The translations under genes and the position numbers were made by a program. From an uncultured Desulfobacter sp. (GTDB taxonomy: Bacteria; Desulfobacterota; Desulfobacteria; Desulfobacterales; Desulfobacteraceae), in contig OY762069.1 of the NCBI GenBank assembly GCA_963665095.1, positions 1,440,001 to 1,504,000 of the forward strand: a DNA stretch of 64,000 nt. Reading direction: 5' to 3'. How positions within the stretch are numbered: position 1 is the first letter of the stretch; every line of letters starts with the position of its first letter. The notes beneath the pieces were generated by a model. The model ran no database searches, was not told where the DNA came from, and saw only the letters and a list, made by a program, of their open reading frames with translations. Positions 54,165-64,000 of the stretch are shown here, one piece after another.

Positions 54165-54645
54165 GAATTCCTCCTGTGTTAAGTCAGGGCGAAGGCTTTG
54201 GGGTATGCCGACACCTGTTGGGGTTCCCCTAATTCAATGAGCCCTTCCACTGAAGAAGACACTTGTATACAGCTGTTTTATTCATATTAGGTTTTCAGTG
54301 GGAGGGTCTTCAGGAAAAATTTCATTCAAGCCATATGCCACAATGTGTCACACAGACCCTTTTATGGAAAAAAATTGAAGACAACATAACGATTAATGTT
54401 TACGCTCAGACATGAAAAGGTATTTGATTATTGTGGGTTACGAAATATGGATAACAAGACTGGCCTCATCCTGGATCATAAGATTTTCTTTTTAAAATAC
54501 CGCATAAGGAAAAGGCACTGGTGTCTCAAAGGCAAAATTTAATACAATTACGTATCTCTTCCATTTAAACGATACAATTATCAACGATACGGATGTGTAT
54601 CATTTAACACCCGGTCAACAGTTTTAAAATCACTTAATTTGATGG

Positions 54646-55302
54646 TCATCGACCCAGCTGCCAGTCTGTCTCTCCGGTGCGGGCATCATCAATACCCTTT
54701 GCCACCATTTTTTCCAGTGCTTCATAGGGCCTTGCACCGACCAGCCGCCGGGCACCCATGATAAAGGTCGGGGCAGCCACAAGTTCCAGTTTTCCTGCCG
54801 CCTCCCAATCCAGATCCACGCGACCGGCGTAGGTTCGAAGGTCGATGACCCTCTCCCCTTGTTCCATATCCAGTCCGGCAGCAGCCATCAGGTCCATGAC
54901 CACCTCGTTTTTCGCGATATTGCGCCCTTCAACGAAATACGCCTTAAAAGCTTTATCCTGGAACAAGGCGCCTTTACCGCAATCCTGTGCCCAGAGCCCT
55001 GCTTCCTGGGCCAGACGGGAATTGTAAACCATCTTACCGTCACCAAAGGGCAAACCAAATTTTTGAGCCGTAGCTTTAAGGCTTGCGGTTACCTGCTCTG
55101 CTGTGACCAGAAGGCCTTTTTTTTCAAGGACCTCGACCATTGAAAGACCCTGGTCCGGGACATCCGTTTGCAAAGGATAAGCCCGCCACTTTACCTGGAC
55201 ATCAAACTTTTCTTTTATTTTCTCAATACTCCCGGCACTGAAGTAGCACCAGGGTCAGATATAGTCTGAAAAAATTTCCAGACACAGGGGAGATGAAACC
55301 AT
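54646..55302 (-). CDS. DsbA/FrnE-family oxidoreductase, selenoprotein (UxxC), 218 aa
   Basis: ATG 55302: MVSSPLCLEIFSDYI-UGA(55257-55255)-PWCYF, in frame with the 54646..55173 ORF; NSRLA and PTF motifs. Confidence 0.88.
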
Positions 55303-55347
55303 ATTTTTCTCTTCTTAATTATTCTCTTATTTTAAATGTGGGTGGTT

Positions 55348-57090
55348 TCAGGCAGATTGAAGTTTTCGATACAAAGTGGGAAGACTGATGCCCAACTCCT
55401 TTGCCGCTTCCTTTTTGCCCTGGACCGTATTCGGATGGTTGGCCAGTGCCTCTTGTATCACCTGATACTCAAAATTTTTAAGCCGGGCTGTCAATGTTGT
55501 CTCTGATACCCGGGGCCTGGCTGAGACAATGGCCGGCGGCAGACTTTCGGGCAGTATCCGGTCTGTTTTTTCCATATTCACGGCATATTCGATGGCATTT
55601 TGAAGCTCCCGGGCATTGCCCGGCCAGGCATAGCTGATAAGAATCAGGCCGGCCCCTTTTGAAAACCCTTGAAGCCCCCTGCCAGTTTCCCTGTTGTACT
55701 TGTTCAGGAAATGGCGGGATAATACCGGAATATCTTCTTTTCTATCACGCAGAGGGGGAATGGTCAGCGGCATCACGTTCAACCTGAAGAACAGATCTTC
55801 TCTGAACAGCCCCTGTTTCTGCATGGTATTTAGATCCCGGTTTGTGGCGGCAATCACCCGGACATCCACAGTAATGGGATTGACCCCGCCGACCCGCTCA
55901 ACCGTCTTGTCCTGGAGAACCCGCAGAAGTTTGGCCTGCATGTGCAGCGGCATATCCCCGATTTCATCCAGAAAAATAGTGCCGCCGGCGGCAATTTCAA
56001 ATTTCCCCGGTCTTCCGCCCTTCCTGGCCCCTGAAAAGGCCCCGTCCTCATACCCGAACAGTTCACTTTCAAGCAGGGTTTCAGGGATGGCCGCACAGTT
56101 TATGGTAATAAAGGGAAAAGGGCTTCTTTTGCCAGCACTGTGAATGGCCCGGGCAAACAGCTCCTTTCCTGTGCCGCTCTCCCCTAAAATCAATACCGTG
56201 GAGTCGGTTCCAGCCAGTTTGGCCGCATATTTCTTTTGTTCGAGCATGGTGGGACTGGTGCCGTGGATGTCGTCCGGGGTCGTCTCCACCTGTCTTTCAG
56301 AGTACTCATATACCACAGAGTGCATTTTTTTTATGTTCTCAATGGAAATTACGGCACTGACCACGTTTTCATCCATCATCACAGGCTGGCCGGACAAAAG
56401 GCACTGGGCGGACGGGTTGAGCAAAGGGGTGGAGGCCATGCGCACCAAGGGTTCCCCTTTAAAAATTGGGGAAAAATCGGTTGTGGGAAGATAATTTTTC
56501 AAAGGAGTTTTCGCATAGGTGCCGGGCAGGCGTAAAGTCTCCATGGCATGCTGGTTGGCCTGGCGGATGGCACCATCCGGATCAACGATAATAATACCTG
56601 TATCCATGAAGTTGATAACCGCATCATACTGGTTTTTCATAATCTGCTCCTGGGCCAGGAGACGAACCAGCCGGATTTCGCTGGAGACCAGACTGGCCAT
56701 CTCTCCAAGAAAATCAAGAAGGGCTGCTGTATTGCCCAAAAGCCGGTCCTTCTGGGCCTGGGTATAGGCCACCATCACAATGATGCCGATGATTTCATTG
56801 TTATACTCAATGGTCCGGACAATCTCTGCGGTTTCCGGACAGTTCCCCTGATGAGGGCACCCCTGGCACAGTTCGTTGAAACCAGGGTTTGACAGGATCA
56901 CCACCTTTTTTTTAATGGCGCCTTTGACAAAATCGTGATTTACCCTGATGCCGCGTTTTTCAAGAAAGGTCCGGCTTGTGGCCACCAAGTTAAAGGCCTC
57001 ATCAATAAAGGCCACATCCATTTCCATGGCAGAGGCAATGGCGTCCACCACACACTGGGCCGTTTCTCTGATTTGTTCAAGCTTTGTCAT
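55348..57090 (-). CDS. sigma54-dependent activator with PAS domain
   Basis: GESGTGKE, ESELFG, GAFSGA, FLDEIG, WPGN.REL, Fis-type HTH. Confidence 0.93.
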   Translation of the reverse strand: MTKLEQIRETAQCVVDAIASAMEMDVAFIDEAFNLVATSRTFLEKRGIRVNHDFVKGAIKKKVVILSNPGFNELCQGCPHQGNCPETAEIVRTIEYNNEIIGIIVMVAYTQAQKDRLLGNTAALLDFLGEMASLVSSEIRLVRLLAQEQIMKNQYDAVINFMDTGIIIVDPDGAIRQANQHAMETLRLPGTYAKTPLKNYLPTTDFSPIFKGEPLVRMASTPLLNPSAQCLLSGQPVMMDENVVSAVISIENIKKMHSVVYEYSERQVETTPDDIHGTSPTMLEQKKYAAKLAGTDSTVLILGESGTGKELFARAIHSAGKRSPFPFITINCAAIPETLLESELFGYEDGAFSGARKGGRPGKFEIAAGGTIFLDEIGDMPLHMQAKLLRVLQDKTVERVGGVNPITVDVRVIAATNRDLNTMQKQGLFREDLFFRLNVMPLTIPPLRDRKEDIPVLSRHFLNKYNRETGRGLQGFSKGAGLILISYAWPGNARELQNAIEYAVNMEKTDRILPESLPPAIVSARPRVSETTLTARLKNFEYQVIQEALANHPNTVQGKKEAAKELGISLPTLYRKLQSA

Positions 57091-57282
57091 GGTCCGGTCA
57101 TATATTATAGGGTCTTTAGTATTTCAGATTTCCTTCATGTGGCGCCGACCTTATCATATTCAAGAAATTTTAACAACTTACTATTTATAAATGAGAAACA
57201 CTGCTTGAATCAATGTTTCTCAGACGTTTAAAGCTCCTAATACCCAATTGAGTCCTTTAAATTTATTAAAATTGATAAAAAG

Positions 57283-57297
57283 TGGTTTTTCCTTTGC
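57283..57297 (+). promoter_or_regulatory. Candidate sigma54 -24/-12 promoter
   Basis: TGGTTTTTCCTTTGC has GG-N10-GC spacing and faces the SHMT-like gene, divergent from the activator. Confidence 0.4.
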
Positions 57298-57466
57298 GTG
57301 GATATTGCGAACCACTTGATCAAATCTACTATTAATAATCACCTAACTATAAAACCGGTCATTGCACCTGGGACCAATTTTATGTAATGGTATTATTTTG
57401 CGGACCTTTTTGGCAAAACACATAAGAGACATGCAATATTATTGAAATCGAGAAGGAGTCCATACC

Positions 57467-58717
57467 ATGTCCACCCAGTCTTATCTTGCCACGGATGATC
57501 CTGAACTTGCCTGGCTGGTCCAGGCTGAAGAATCCAGACTTGAAAACACCTTAAACCTGATAGCCGCCGAGAGCCACTGTCCGCATTCCATTTACGAGGT
57601 CATGGGATCGGTTCTAAACACCAAGACCATTGAAGGATACCCTGGAAACAGGTTTCATGCCGGGTGCGTCAATGCAGACCGGATTGAAGAGATCGCCGTT
57701 GAACGGGCAAAAAAACTGTTTGGTGCGGAATATGCCAATGTACAGCCACATTCAGGAAGCAGCGCGAACATTGCTGTTTACTTCTCAGTCCTCAAGGTCG
57801 GGGATAAGATTCTGTCCATGAGTCTGCCCCACGGGGGACATCTCTCCCACGGACATAAAGCATCCATGACCAGCAAGTGTTTTGATTTTGCCCACTACCG
57901 GGTCAATCCGGAAACCGAACGTATTGATTACGACCGGGTGCGGGAGACCGCCCTTGAGTTCAAACCCAGAATGGTAGTGGCCGGTGCCAGTTCCTACCCC
58001 CGCCTTATTGATTATAAAACCATGGCCGAAATCGCCAGGGAGGTGAATGCCTATCTCATGGTGGACATGGCCCATCTTGGCGGCCTTGTTGCCGGCAAGG
58101 CAATTCCAAGCCCTGTGCCCCATGCTGATTTTGTGACCTTCACCTGTTACAAAACCATGGCGGGCGGCAGAGGCGGCGTGATCCTGTGCAAAGAGAAATA
58201 TGCCCAAACTATCAACCACGGGGTTTTCCCCGGATGCCAGGGCACCAGTGCCGTGAACCTTATTGCCGCAAAGGCATTGATTTTCAAACTAGCTGAAAAA
58301 CAGTCCTTTATTGATTTGCAGAAAACCACACTGGAAAACGCCAGGGCTTTGAGCAAGGCTTTCCGGGATCTTGGCTACCGGATTGTTACCGGCGGAACAG
58401 ACAACCACCAGGTAGTCATGGACGTAAGCGGCAAGGGCATCACAGGCAAAGAGGCTGAAGACCGCCTGGAAGCCGCAGGCATCATCATGAACCGCAACGT
58501 GGTGCCCTCCGATGAAAACAGCCCGGGCAAAGTCAGCGGCATCCGCCTTGGCACCAGCGCTCTGGCAGCAAGAGGCATGGGGCCGGACAAAATGGCGGAA
58601 ATCGCCGTACTCATGGATACAGCCATGATGAAGTCGCACCTGAATGATGCCATGAAAAAGGTCAAAGCTGAAGTGCTCCAGCTGTGCCAAACCTTTCCTT
58701 TAAAAAAAGAATTTTAA
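57467..58717 (+). CDS. Serine hydroxymethyltransferase-like PLP enzyme (divergent)
   Basis: EGYPG, NVQPHSGS.AN, GGHLSHG, DMAH..GL, KT..G.RGG, GGTDNH, SGIRLGT. Confidence 0.88.
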   Translation: MSTQSYLATDDPELAWLVQAEESRLENTLNLIAAESHCPHSIYEVMGSVLNTKTIEGYPGNRFHAGCVNADRIEEIAVERAKKLFGAEYANVQPHSGSSANIAVYFSVLKVGDKILSMSLPHGGHLSHGHKASMTSKCFDFAHYRVNPETERIDYDRVRETALEFKPRMVVAGASSYPRLIDYKTMAEIAREVNAYLMVDMAHLGGLVAGKAIPSPVPHADFVTFTCYKTMAGGRGGVILCKEKYAQTINHGVFPGCQGTSAVNLIAAKALIFKLAEKQSFIDLQKTTLENARALSKAFRDLGYRIVTGGTDNHQVVMDVSGKGITGKEAEDRLEAAGIIMNRNVVPSDENSPGKVSGIRLGTSALAARGMGPDKMAEIAVLMDTAMMKSHLNDAMKKVKAEVLQLCQTFPLKKEF

Positions 58718-58958
58718 CCGGATTACTCCAATTGGCTTGTGACGTCCTTTTTCAGGCCGTCGCTAGCCAATTTTTCAAATTCTTTAAAAAAAGGTTTTCC
58801 CAGAACGCTACCCACCCAACCTGCAAGGCTATAATCATCTGCCCTACCCCTTTATCCTCCAGTGTAAATAAAAATCCATATTGACTACACCCGTGAATTG
58901 TTTTAGCCATTGAAAGTAAAAAGACAGCACCACCATCGTTAACCAGACCGGCTGAGCC

Positions 58959-59561
58959 ATGGACCAGGAAAAGCACACATTTGCCTTAACCGCCTTAAAT
59001 CATTATGGAAATATTCCCCGTCATCAGTGGGATGAACTCACTGCGTTCATTAAAGAATCCGTCTTGAAAAAAAACGACTATTTTGTGATGCAGGGAACCC
59101 GGCCAAAACAGATGGCAATTATTGTTTCCGGTATTCTTCGGGTTTTTTGTGTCACGGACTCCGGCGAAGAAAAGACGCTGTCATTTCGAACCAAGGGACA
59201 ACTTGTAGCAGCGTTTACACCCTTTCTTGAAAATAAAGAGTCCTGGTATTCCATTGAGGCACTGACAGACTGCTGCCTGCTGCATTACCCCATACAAGAC
59301 TTTCATCGGCTGATGGCTGCCCACACCTGCTGGCGGGAACTGTATCTGAACTATATTGTGCGTCTTTATACGGAAAAAGAGGACCGGGAGCGCTCCTTTC
59401 TCATGGAAGATGCCAAAACGCGCTACCTGCAATTCAGACAAAAGCATCCTGAAATTGAAAAAGAGATCCACCAATTCCACATCGCCTCATTCCTAGGCAT
59501 TTCTCCGGTCTCCTTAAGCCGGATCCGGGCCGCCTTAAAAAAATCCGATCAATTAACATAG
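58959..59561 (+). CDS. Crp/Fnr-family regulator
   Basis: cNMP-binding barrel, C-terminal IASFLGISPVSLSRIR HTH. Confidence 0.9.
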   Translation: MDQEKHTFALTALNHYGNIPRHQWDELTAFIKESVLKKNDYFVMQGTRPKQMAIIVSGILRVFCVTDSGEEKTLSFRTKGQLVAAFTPFLENKESWYSIEALTDCCLLHYPIQDFHRLMAAHTCWRELYLNYIVRLYTEKEDRERSFLMEDAKTRYLQFRQKHPEIEKEIHQFHIASFLGISPVSLSRIRAALKKSDQLT

Positions 59562-59710
59562 GTTAATTACATCCCCTTCTTATCCGCACATTATATTTCC
59601 TGACCAAACCCTAACGAACCATGAAGTGACACCGGCAGCACCATACCGCCATCTTATACCGACAGCGGGCGGCCTATCTTCCAACCAGTTACGTGTTGAG
59701 CAGGAGAGAT

Positions 59711-60688
59711 ATGAAAAAAGCGTTTATCACAGGGGCCACCGGATTCATCGGGCTGAATCTGATTGAGCTTCTTTTACAGGATCAATGGGAGGTCACAGCC
59801 TTACATCTTCCTGGCGAAGATCTGACCTATCTGTCCCGCTACCAGGTGAGCCTGGCACCGGGCAACATCCTGGACTATCCCTCACTTCAGGCCGCCTTAA
59901 GTGAAGATCACGACGTGGTCTTTCATCTGGCCGGGGATACCACTACCTGGAAAAAACATGCGGATCGGCAGTTCGACATCAATGTCAACGGTACCATCAA
60001 CATGTGCAAAGCAGCCCATGAAAAAAAAGTGTCCCGCTTTGTGCTGACCTCATCAAGCTCGGCCTACGGCATTCACAAGGAAAGGCTTTCGGAATCCACT
60101 GTGTCCAATGCCCTTGAAACAGGTATCAGCTACCATAAAACCAAATACCTGTCCGAGGTGGAACTTAAAAAATTTGTGGATAACGGCCTTGATGCGGTGA
60201 TCGTGAACCCCTGCAACCTGATCGGGCCCTATGATGTCAGAAACTGGTCCCAGCTGATCATCAATGTCTGTAAGGGCAAGATGCCGGGATATCCGCCCGG
60301 AGGTGGGACCTTTGCCCATGTCAGGGACATTGCAAAGGCCCACATGGCAGCCGCAGAAAAGGGCAAAACCGGAGAGAACTACCTTTTAGGCGGCATCGAA
60401 GCCCCCTTCAAAGCAGTCATTGATGACATTTTAAGGATAACGGGCAGTCCCCTGTCTTTAAAACCGATTTCAAAGACCAAGTTGCGGCTGGCCATGGGAC
60501 TATCCTCAGTCCAGGCGGCATTTAGCGGAAAGGAGCCGCTGCTCACCTATCCCAAATACCGACGGCTTGTGGAAACATTGCGATGCGACAGTTCAAAGGC
60601 GAAACAGGCGCTCGGATTCAGCACCACCCCCATCCCTGTGATGATAACGGACTGTTACCAGTGGCTTAAAGCTGAAAATTTTGTATGA
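59711..60688 (+). CDS. NAD-dependent epimerase/dehydratase (extended SDR)
   Basis: TGATGFIG, FHLA, TSS, YHKTK; RBS AGGAG. Confidence 0.9.
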   Translation: MKKAFITGATGFIGLNLIELLLQDQWEVTALHLPGEDLTYLSRYQVSLAPGNILDYPSLQAALSEDHDVVFHLAGDTTTWKKHADRQFDINVNGTINMCKAAHEKKVSRFVLTSSSSAYGIHKERLSESTVSNALETGISYHKTKYLSEVELKKFVDNGLDAVIVNPCNLIGPYDVRNWSQLIINVCKGKMPGYPPGGGTFAHVRDIAKAHMAAAEKGKTGENYLLGGIEAPFKAVIDDILRITGSPLSLKPISKTKLRLAMGLSSVQAAFSGKEPLLTYPKYRRLVETLRCDSSKAKQALGFSTTPIPVMITDCYQWLKAENFV

Positions 60689-60737
60689 CGAAGTCTACCC
60701 CCATCACCCATAAACAATCAAACAGTGGAGAAACATC

Positions 60738-62444
60738 ATGAACGACACCCAGCAAGCAGTAAAAGTTGAAGGATGGCAGCTGATCAGTGATGCCTTAATC
60801 AAGGCGGGCGTTGAATATGTATTCGGACTGCCCGGAGAGAGCATCAGCCCGGTCCAGCGGGCCATTGAAGAGACGCCTATTAAAATTATCACCACCCGGC
60901 ATGAACAGGCCGCCACCTTCATGGCCGAAGCCTATGCAAAAATCACCCGCAAGACAGGGGTGGTGCTCGTGACCGTCGGGCCTGGCTTTACCAACACCAT
61001 TTCAGCCATGGTCACAGCCCAGCTCTACAATACCCCGCTGGTCCTGATTGCCGGCGGCCAGGGTCCCAACGCCTATGACAAATTAGGGCTGCAGGACATG
61101 CGCCAGGAGCCCATTATTGAATCCATTGTCAAACAAAGCTTTATCTGCCGGACGGCCCAACGCATTCCCGAATACATTGACATGGCGTTCAGGTGTGCTT
61201 CCCAGGGGCGCCCGGGGCCGGTGTTTTTAGAGCTGCCCATCAACGCCCTTGACGCGGAAGTGGCTGTGGAGACAGTTCCTGTGCCGTGTACCCGCAGCAA
61301 ATCCAGACCCTTTGACAAGGCGGATGCCAAAGCCATTATTGAAATGATCGCAGACAGCACAAAACCCGTCATTGTTGCAGGATCAGGCGCCCATTACTCA
61401 GATGCAGGCCAAGAGATCACCCAGTTGGCAGAACTGACAGGGATTCCGGTTTTCACGGCAAAGGCGGGCCGGGGCGTGGTGTCCGACACCCACCCCTTAT
61501 GCTTTGGCAATGGTTTGGGCATTGTCCCGGGCTGTGCCATGCCGGCGGCCATGGAAGCGGATCTGGTTCTTCTTCTGGGCACCCGGGTCTGTTTGTTCAT
61601 GGCCAACGGAAAGCTTTACAATCCAGCCGCCAAAATTATCCAGGTGGATATTGAACCAGAAGAGATCGGCCGCAACAAACAGATTGACCTGCCCGTATTC
61701 GGCGATGTGAAAGCCCTGGTGGCTGAATGCGTTGCCCAGATCACAGAAGATAAAAAAAATGAGGCCTTAAAAGCCAAATTCTCTGAATGGGTGGCCCATC
61801 TTGATACCCTGCATGAATCAGGCAAAGCCGTGAACCTGGAGACGATCCCAAAGGAAGGCAAATTCATCCATCCGGGATTTCTGGCCAACACGGTAAATGA
61901 GTTCATGAATCGTGAAGATGATGTGGTGGCAGCCGACGGCGGAGAGGCCCAGATCTGGATCTCGGTGGCAAGGACCTGCCTGCGCCCCTCAAACATTCTT
62001 GATCCAGGACTTTTCGGCTGCCTTGGCACAGGCATTCCCTACGCCATAGCCGCAAAGATCATCAACCCCAACCGCAGGGTCATGGTCTATATCGGGGACG
62101 GCTCCATGGGGTTCAACTTCATGGAGATCGAAACCTCCATCCGCATGGGGCTTCCCATCGTGATCCTCATCGACAACAACCGCAAGTGGGGCATGACCTC
62201 CAACAGTATGCAGATGCGGTTCAAGCACTACGTCCCCGGCACGGTGGAGCTGGGTAATCCCCCCTATCACGAGCTGGTGGAACGCCTGGGCGGAAAAGGT
62301 ATTCTGGTGGAGAAACCAGACCAGATCGTACCTGCCCTGGAAGAGGCGTTCAACGCAAGCGTTACCACCTGCATCAATGTAATGACCGATCCGGATATCA
62401 TCGGCCCCGGCACCCTGGCATTTGAGCTGTTGAAAGACCTTTAG
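60738..62444 (+). CDS. Thiamine-diphosphate enzyme (acetolactate synthase-like / 2-hydroxyacyl-CoA lyase-like)
   Basis: RHEQAA.FMA, GPG.TN, GRPGPV, GDGS.GF..ME...NN. Confidence 0.88.
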   Translation: MNDTQQAVKVEGWQLISDALIKAGVEYVFGLPGESISPVQRAIEETPIKIITTRHEQAATFMAEAYAKITRKTGVVLVTVGPGFTNTISAMVTAQLYNTPLVLIAGGQGPNAYDKLGLQDMRQEPIIESIVKQSFICRTAQRIPEYIDMAFRCASQGRPGPVFLELPINALDAEVAVETVPVPCTRSKSRPFDKADAKAIIEMIADSTKPVIVAGSGAHYSDAGQEITQLAELTGIPVFTAKAGRGVVSDTHPLCFGNGLGIVPGCAMPAAMEADLVLLLGTRVCLFMANGKLYNPAAKIIQVDIEPEEIGRNKQIDLPVFGDVKALVAECVAQITEDKKNEALKAKFSEWVAHLDTLHESGKAVNLETIPKEGKFIHPGFLANTVNEFMNREDDVVAADGGEAQIWISVARTCLRPSNILDPGLFGCLGTGIPYAIAAKIINPNRRVMVYIGDGSMGFNFMEIETSIRMGLPIVILIDNNRKWGMTSNSMQMRFKHYVPGTVELGNPPYHELVERLGGKGILVEKPDQIVPALEEAFNASVTTCINVMTDPDIIGPGTLAFELLKDL

Positions 62445-62475
62445 GCCCTAAGTTGAATTAAAATCCGTCATTAAG

Positions 62476-62500
62476 TGCCCGTCTGCAGATGGACGGGCAC
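62476..62500 (+). terminator. Intergenic hairpin
   Basis: GTGCCCGTC...GACGGGCAC; no U tract. Confidence 0.4.
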
Positions 62501-62539
62501 CACACAAACCTAAAACCTTACCGGTAAAAAGGGGATCTT

Positions 62540-63475
62540 ATGGAAATATCAACGCTCACCCGTATTGTCACCCCCATGGGGATTGCTGTTATCATGCTGG
62601 GCATGGGAATGTCACTGACCCTTGATGATTTTAAAAGGGTATGGGTCCAGCCCAAACCTGTTTTTATCGGTATTATTCTGCAGATTATCGGCCTGCCACT
62701 GCTGGGTATAGCCTTTGTCTCCATCATTGGCCCGGATCCGGTGACGGCTGCCTCCATCATGATTTTATCCGCCTGCCCGGGCGGGGCCATCACCAACCTT
62801 GTCTCCTATATTTCAAGGGGGGATGCAGCGCTTTCGGTGAGCTTAACCAGCATTAACAGCTTTATCACCGTGTTGACCATACCCTTTATAACAGAATTTG
62901 CCGTGATCCATTATTTAGGTAAAGAAGCCGCCACAAATTTTAATATCGCCTTTGTCTCTTTGGGGATCATCTGTATTACCATCCCTCCCATTATTTCAGG
63001 GATGCTGATCAAACATAAATTTCCGGTGGGCGCTCAGAAATGCGAGCCCTGGGTCAGAAAAGGCACCATAGTTTTTATTTTATTTCTGGCAGGGGTTGCC
63101 TGTTACAGCGATTCAGACATATTATTAAACAACTATGGCAAACTTAGCGCATTGGCTTGTGCTTTGGCGTTTTCAAGTTTTTTCCTGGGCGGTACGGTGG
63201 GATTTCTGGCCCGCCTGCCCAGACGCCAGGTCTTAACCCTGTCCATTGAGGTGGGGCTTCACAACAGCGCCATGGCCATTGTCATTGCCATCAGTTTTCT
63301 GAATATGGTTGCTTTAGGGATTTTTTCAGGATTTTACCTGATTGTTGAATATCTGCTGTCAGGCCTGATCATGTACATGATGAACACCTCTTTGGGGTCA
63401 AAATTCCTGGGAACAGACAGCCTTGTGTGTCCGAAGGAGAACCACCGGGAAGTGAAACGCAACATGGAAATTTAA
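62540..63475 (+). CDS. Bile acid:sodium symporter family transporter
   Basis: MLGMGMSL, CPGG..TN, GD.ALSV.LT, IEVG.HN. Confidence 0.9.
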   Translation: MEISTLTRIVTPMGIAVIMLGMGMSLTLDDFKRVWVQPKPVFIGIILQIIGLPLLGIAFVSIIGPDPVTAASIMILSACPGGAITNLVSYISRGDAALSVSLTSINSFITVLTIPFITEFAVIHYLGKEAATNFNIAFVSLGIICITIPPIISGMLIKHKFPVGAQKCEPWVRKGTIVFILFLAGVACYSDSDILLNNYGKLSALACALAFSSFFLGGTVGFLARLPRRQVLTLSIEVGLHNSAMAIVIAISFLNMVALGIFSGFYLIVEYLLSGLIMYMMNTSLGSKFLGTDSLVCPKENHREVKRNMEI

Positions 63476-63521
63476 GCGTATTCTTAGTTAAATGTCAGAC
63501 CGGCCATTGGAAAAAAGATAA

Positions 63522-64000
63522 ATTAAAGCAAAAACCATTATCCTGTCAATCGCTGTGCTTATCGTCTTATCGGCCATCTCAGGCGTGCTGGTGATAAGAT
63601 CCTGGCAGCAGACCCCATATGGAAAGCTGCACCCTAATGCCGCGCTTTTATTAAAACTCATTCAATTCAAAAATGTGGATCTGTTCGAAGGAAATCCGCC
63701 CATCGACCAGGTCCGGAAACAAAGTGCAGGCAGTCGGGGTTTGCTGCAAAAATTCCCTGTAGATGTGGCCCTGATCCGTGATGATTTCCTGCCGGGCCCC
63801 ATTGGCAATATCCCATTCAGATGCTATTCATCACAAAAAAACTTGCGACCTCCTGTCATCATCTATTTTCACGGAGGCGGCTGGGCCTTAGGCTCCCTTG
63901 ATTCCCATGACAATATTTGCCGTTCCCTATCCAATAAAACTGGCTGCATGATTTTTTCCGTGGGTTATCACCTTGCGCCTGAGCATCCTTTCCCTGGTGC
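63522..64000 (+). CDS. HSL-family alpha/beta hydrolase (esterase/lipase), runs off the window
   Basis: N-terminal hydrophobic anchor, YFHGGGW..GS..SHD, Y.LAPEHPFP; start codon uncertain. Confidence 0.85.
   Translation, partial: MKAKTIILSIAVLIVLSAISGVLVIRSWQQTPYGKLHPNAALLLKLIQFKNVDLFEGNPPIDQVRKQSAGSRGLLQKFPVDVALIRDDFLPGPIGNIPFRCYSSQKNLRPPVIIYFHGGGWALGSLDSHDNICRSLSNKTGCMIFSVGYHLAPEHPFPG

Noticed and set aside
57388..57401. TGGTATTATTTTGC as a sigma54 promoter
   Set aside because: GG-to-GC spacing is 9 nt rather than the required 10

Overview
Chromosomal window from a sulfate-reducing deltaproteobacterium; the 16S sequence and gene content suggest Desulfobacteraceae (judged by eye, not searched). 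1-16 kb is core: pfk 3' end, LpoA-like lipoprotein, miaA, a selenocysteine-containing hdrL-flxDCBA cluster followed by dsrC, an ahbA-like gene, a nitrilase-family gene and mlaEFDA. 16.2-21.5 kb is a tRNA-less rRNA operon. Two decayed 5S-plus-terminator copies follow it, and one terminator is split by a four-gene IS21-family element (21652-28551, 5-bp TSD). That element's istA is itself interrupted by a second four-gene DDE/ExeA transposon (22587-26127, 7-bp TSD). 28.8-45.3 kb is an accessory lipid-type block: LiuR-like regulator, acyl-CoA ligase and dehydrogenase, a Cdd1-hydrolase fusion, a YCF48/MMPL/DUF1302/DUF1329 envelope module and a TolC-HlyD-ABC2 module lacking an ATPase. 45-64 kb holds peptidases, two internally deleted pseudogenes (ybjQ, radC), a stand-alone cooS, a Sec-DsbA/FrnE, a sigma54 activator beside an active-site-divergent SHMT paralogue, and a Crp-linked catabolic cluster. 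Three genes are split or truncated in the ORF track by in-frame Sec UGA codons. All family assignments come from motif recognition, not database searches.
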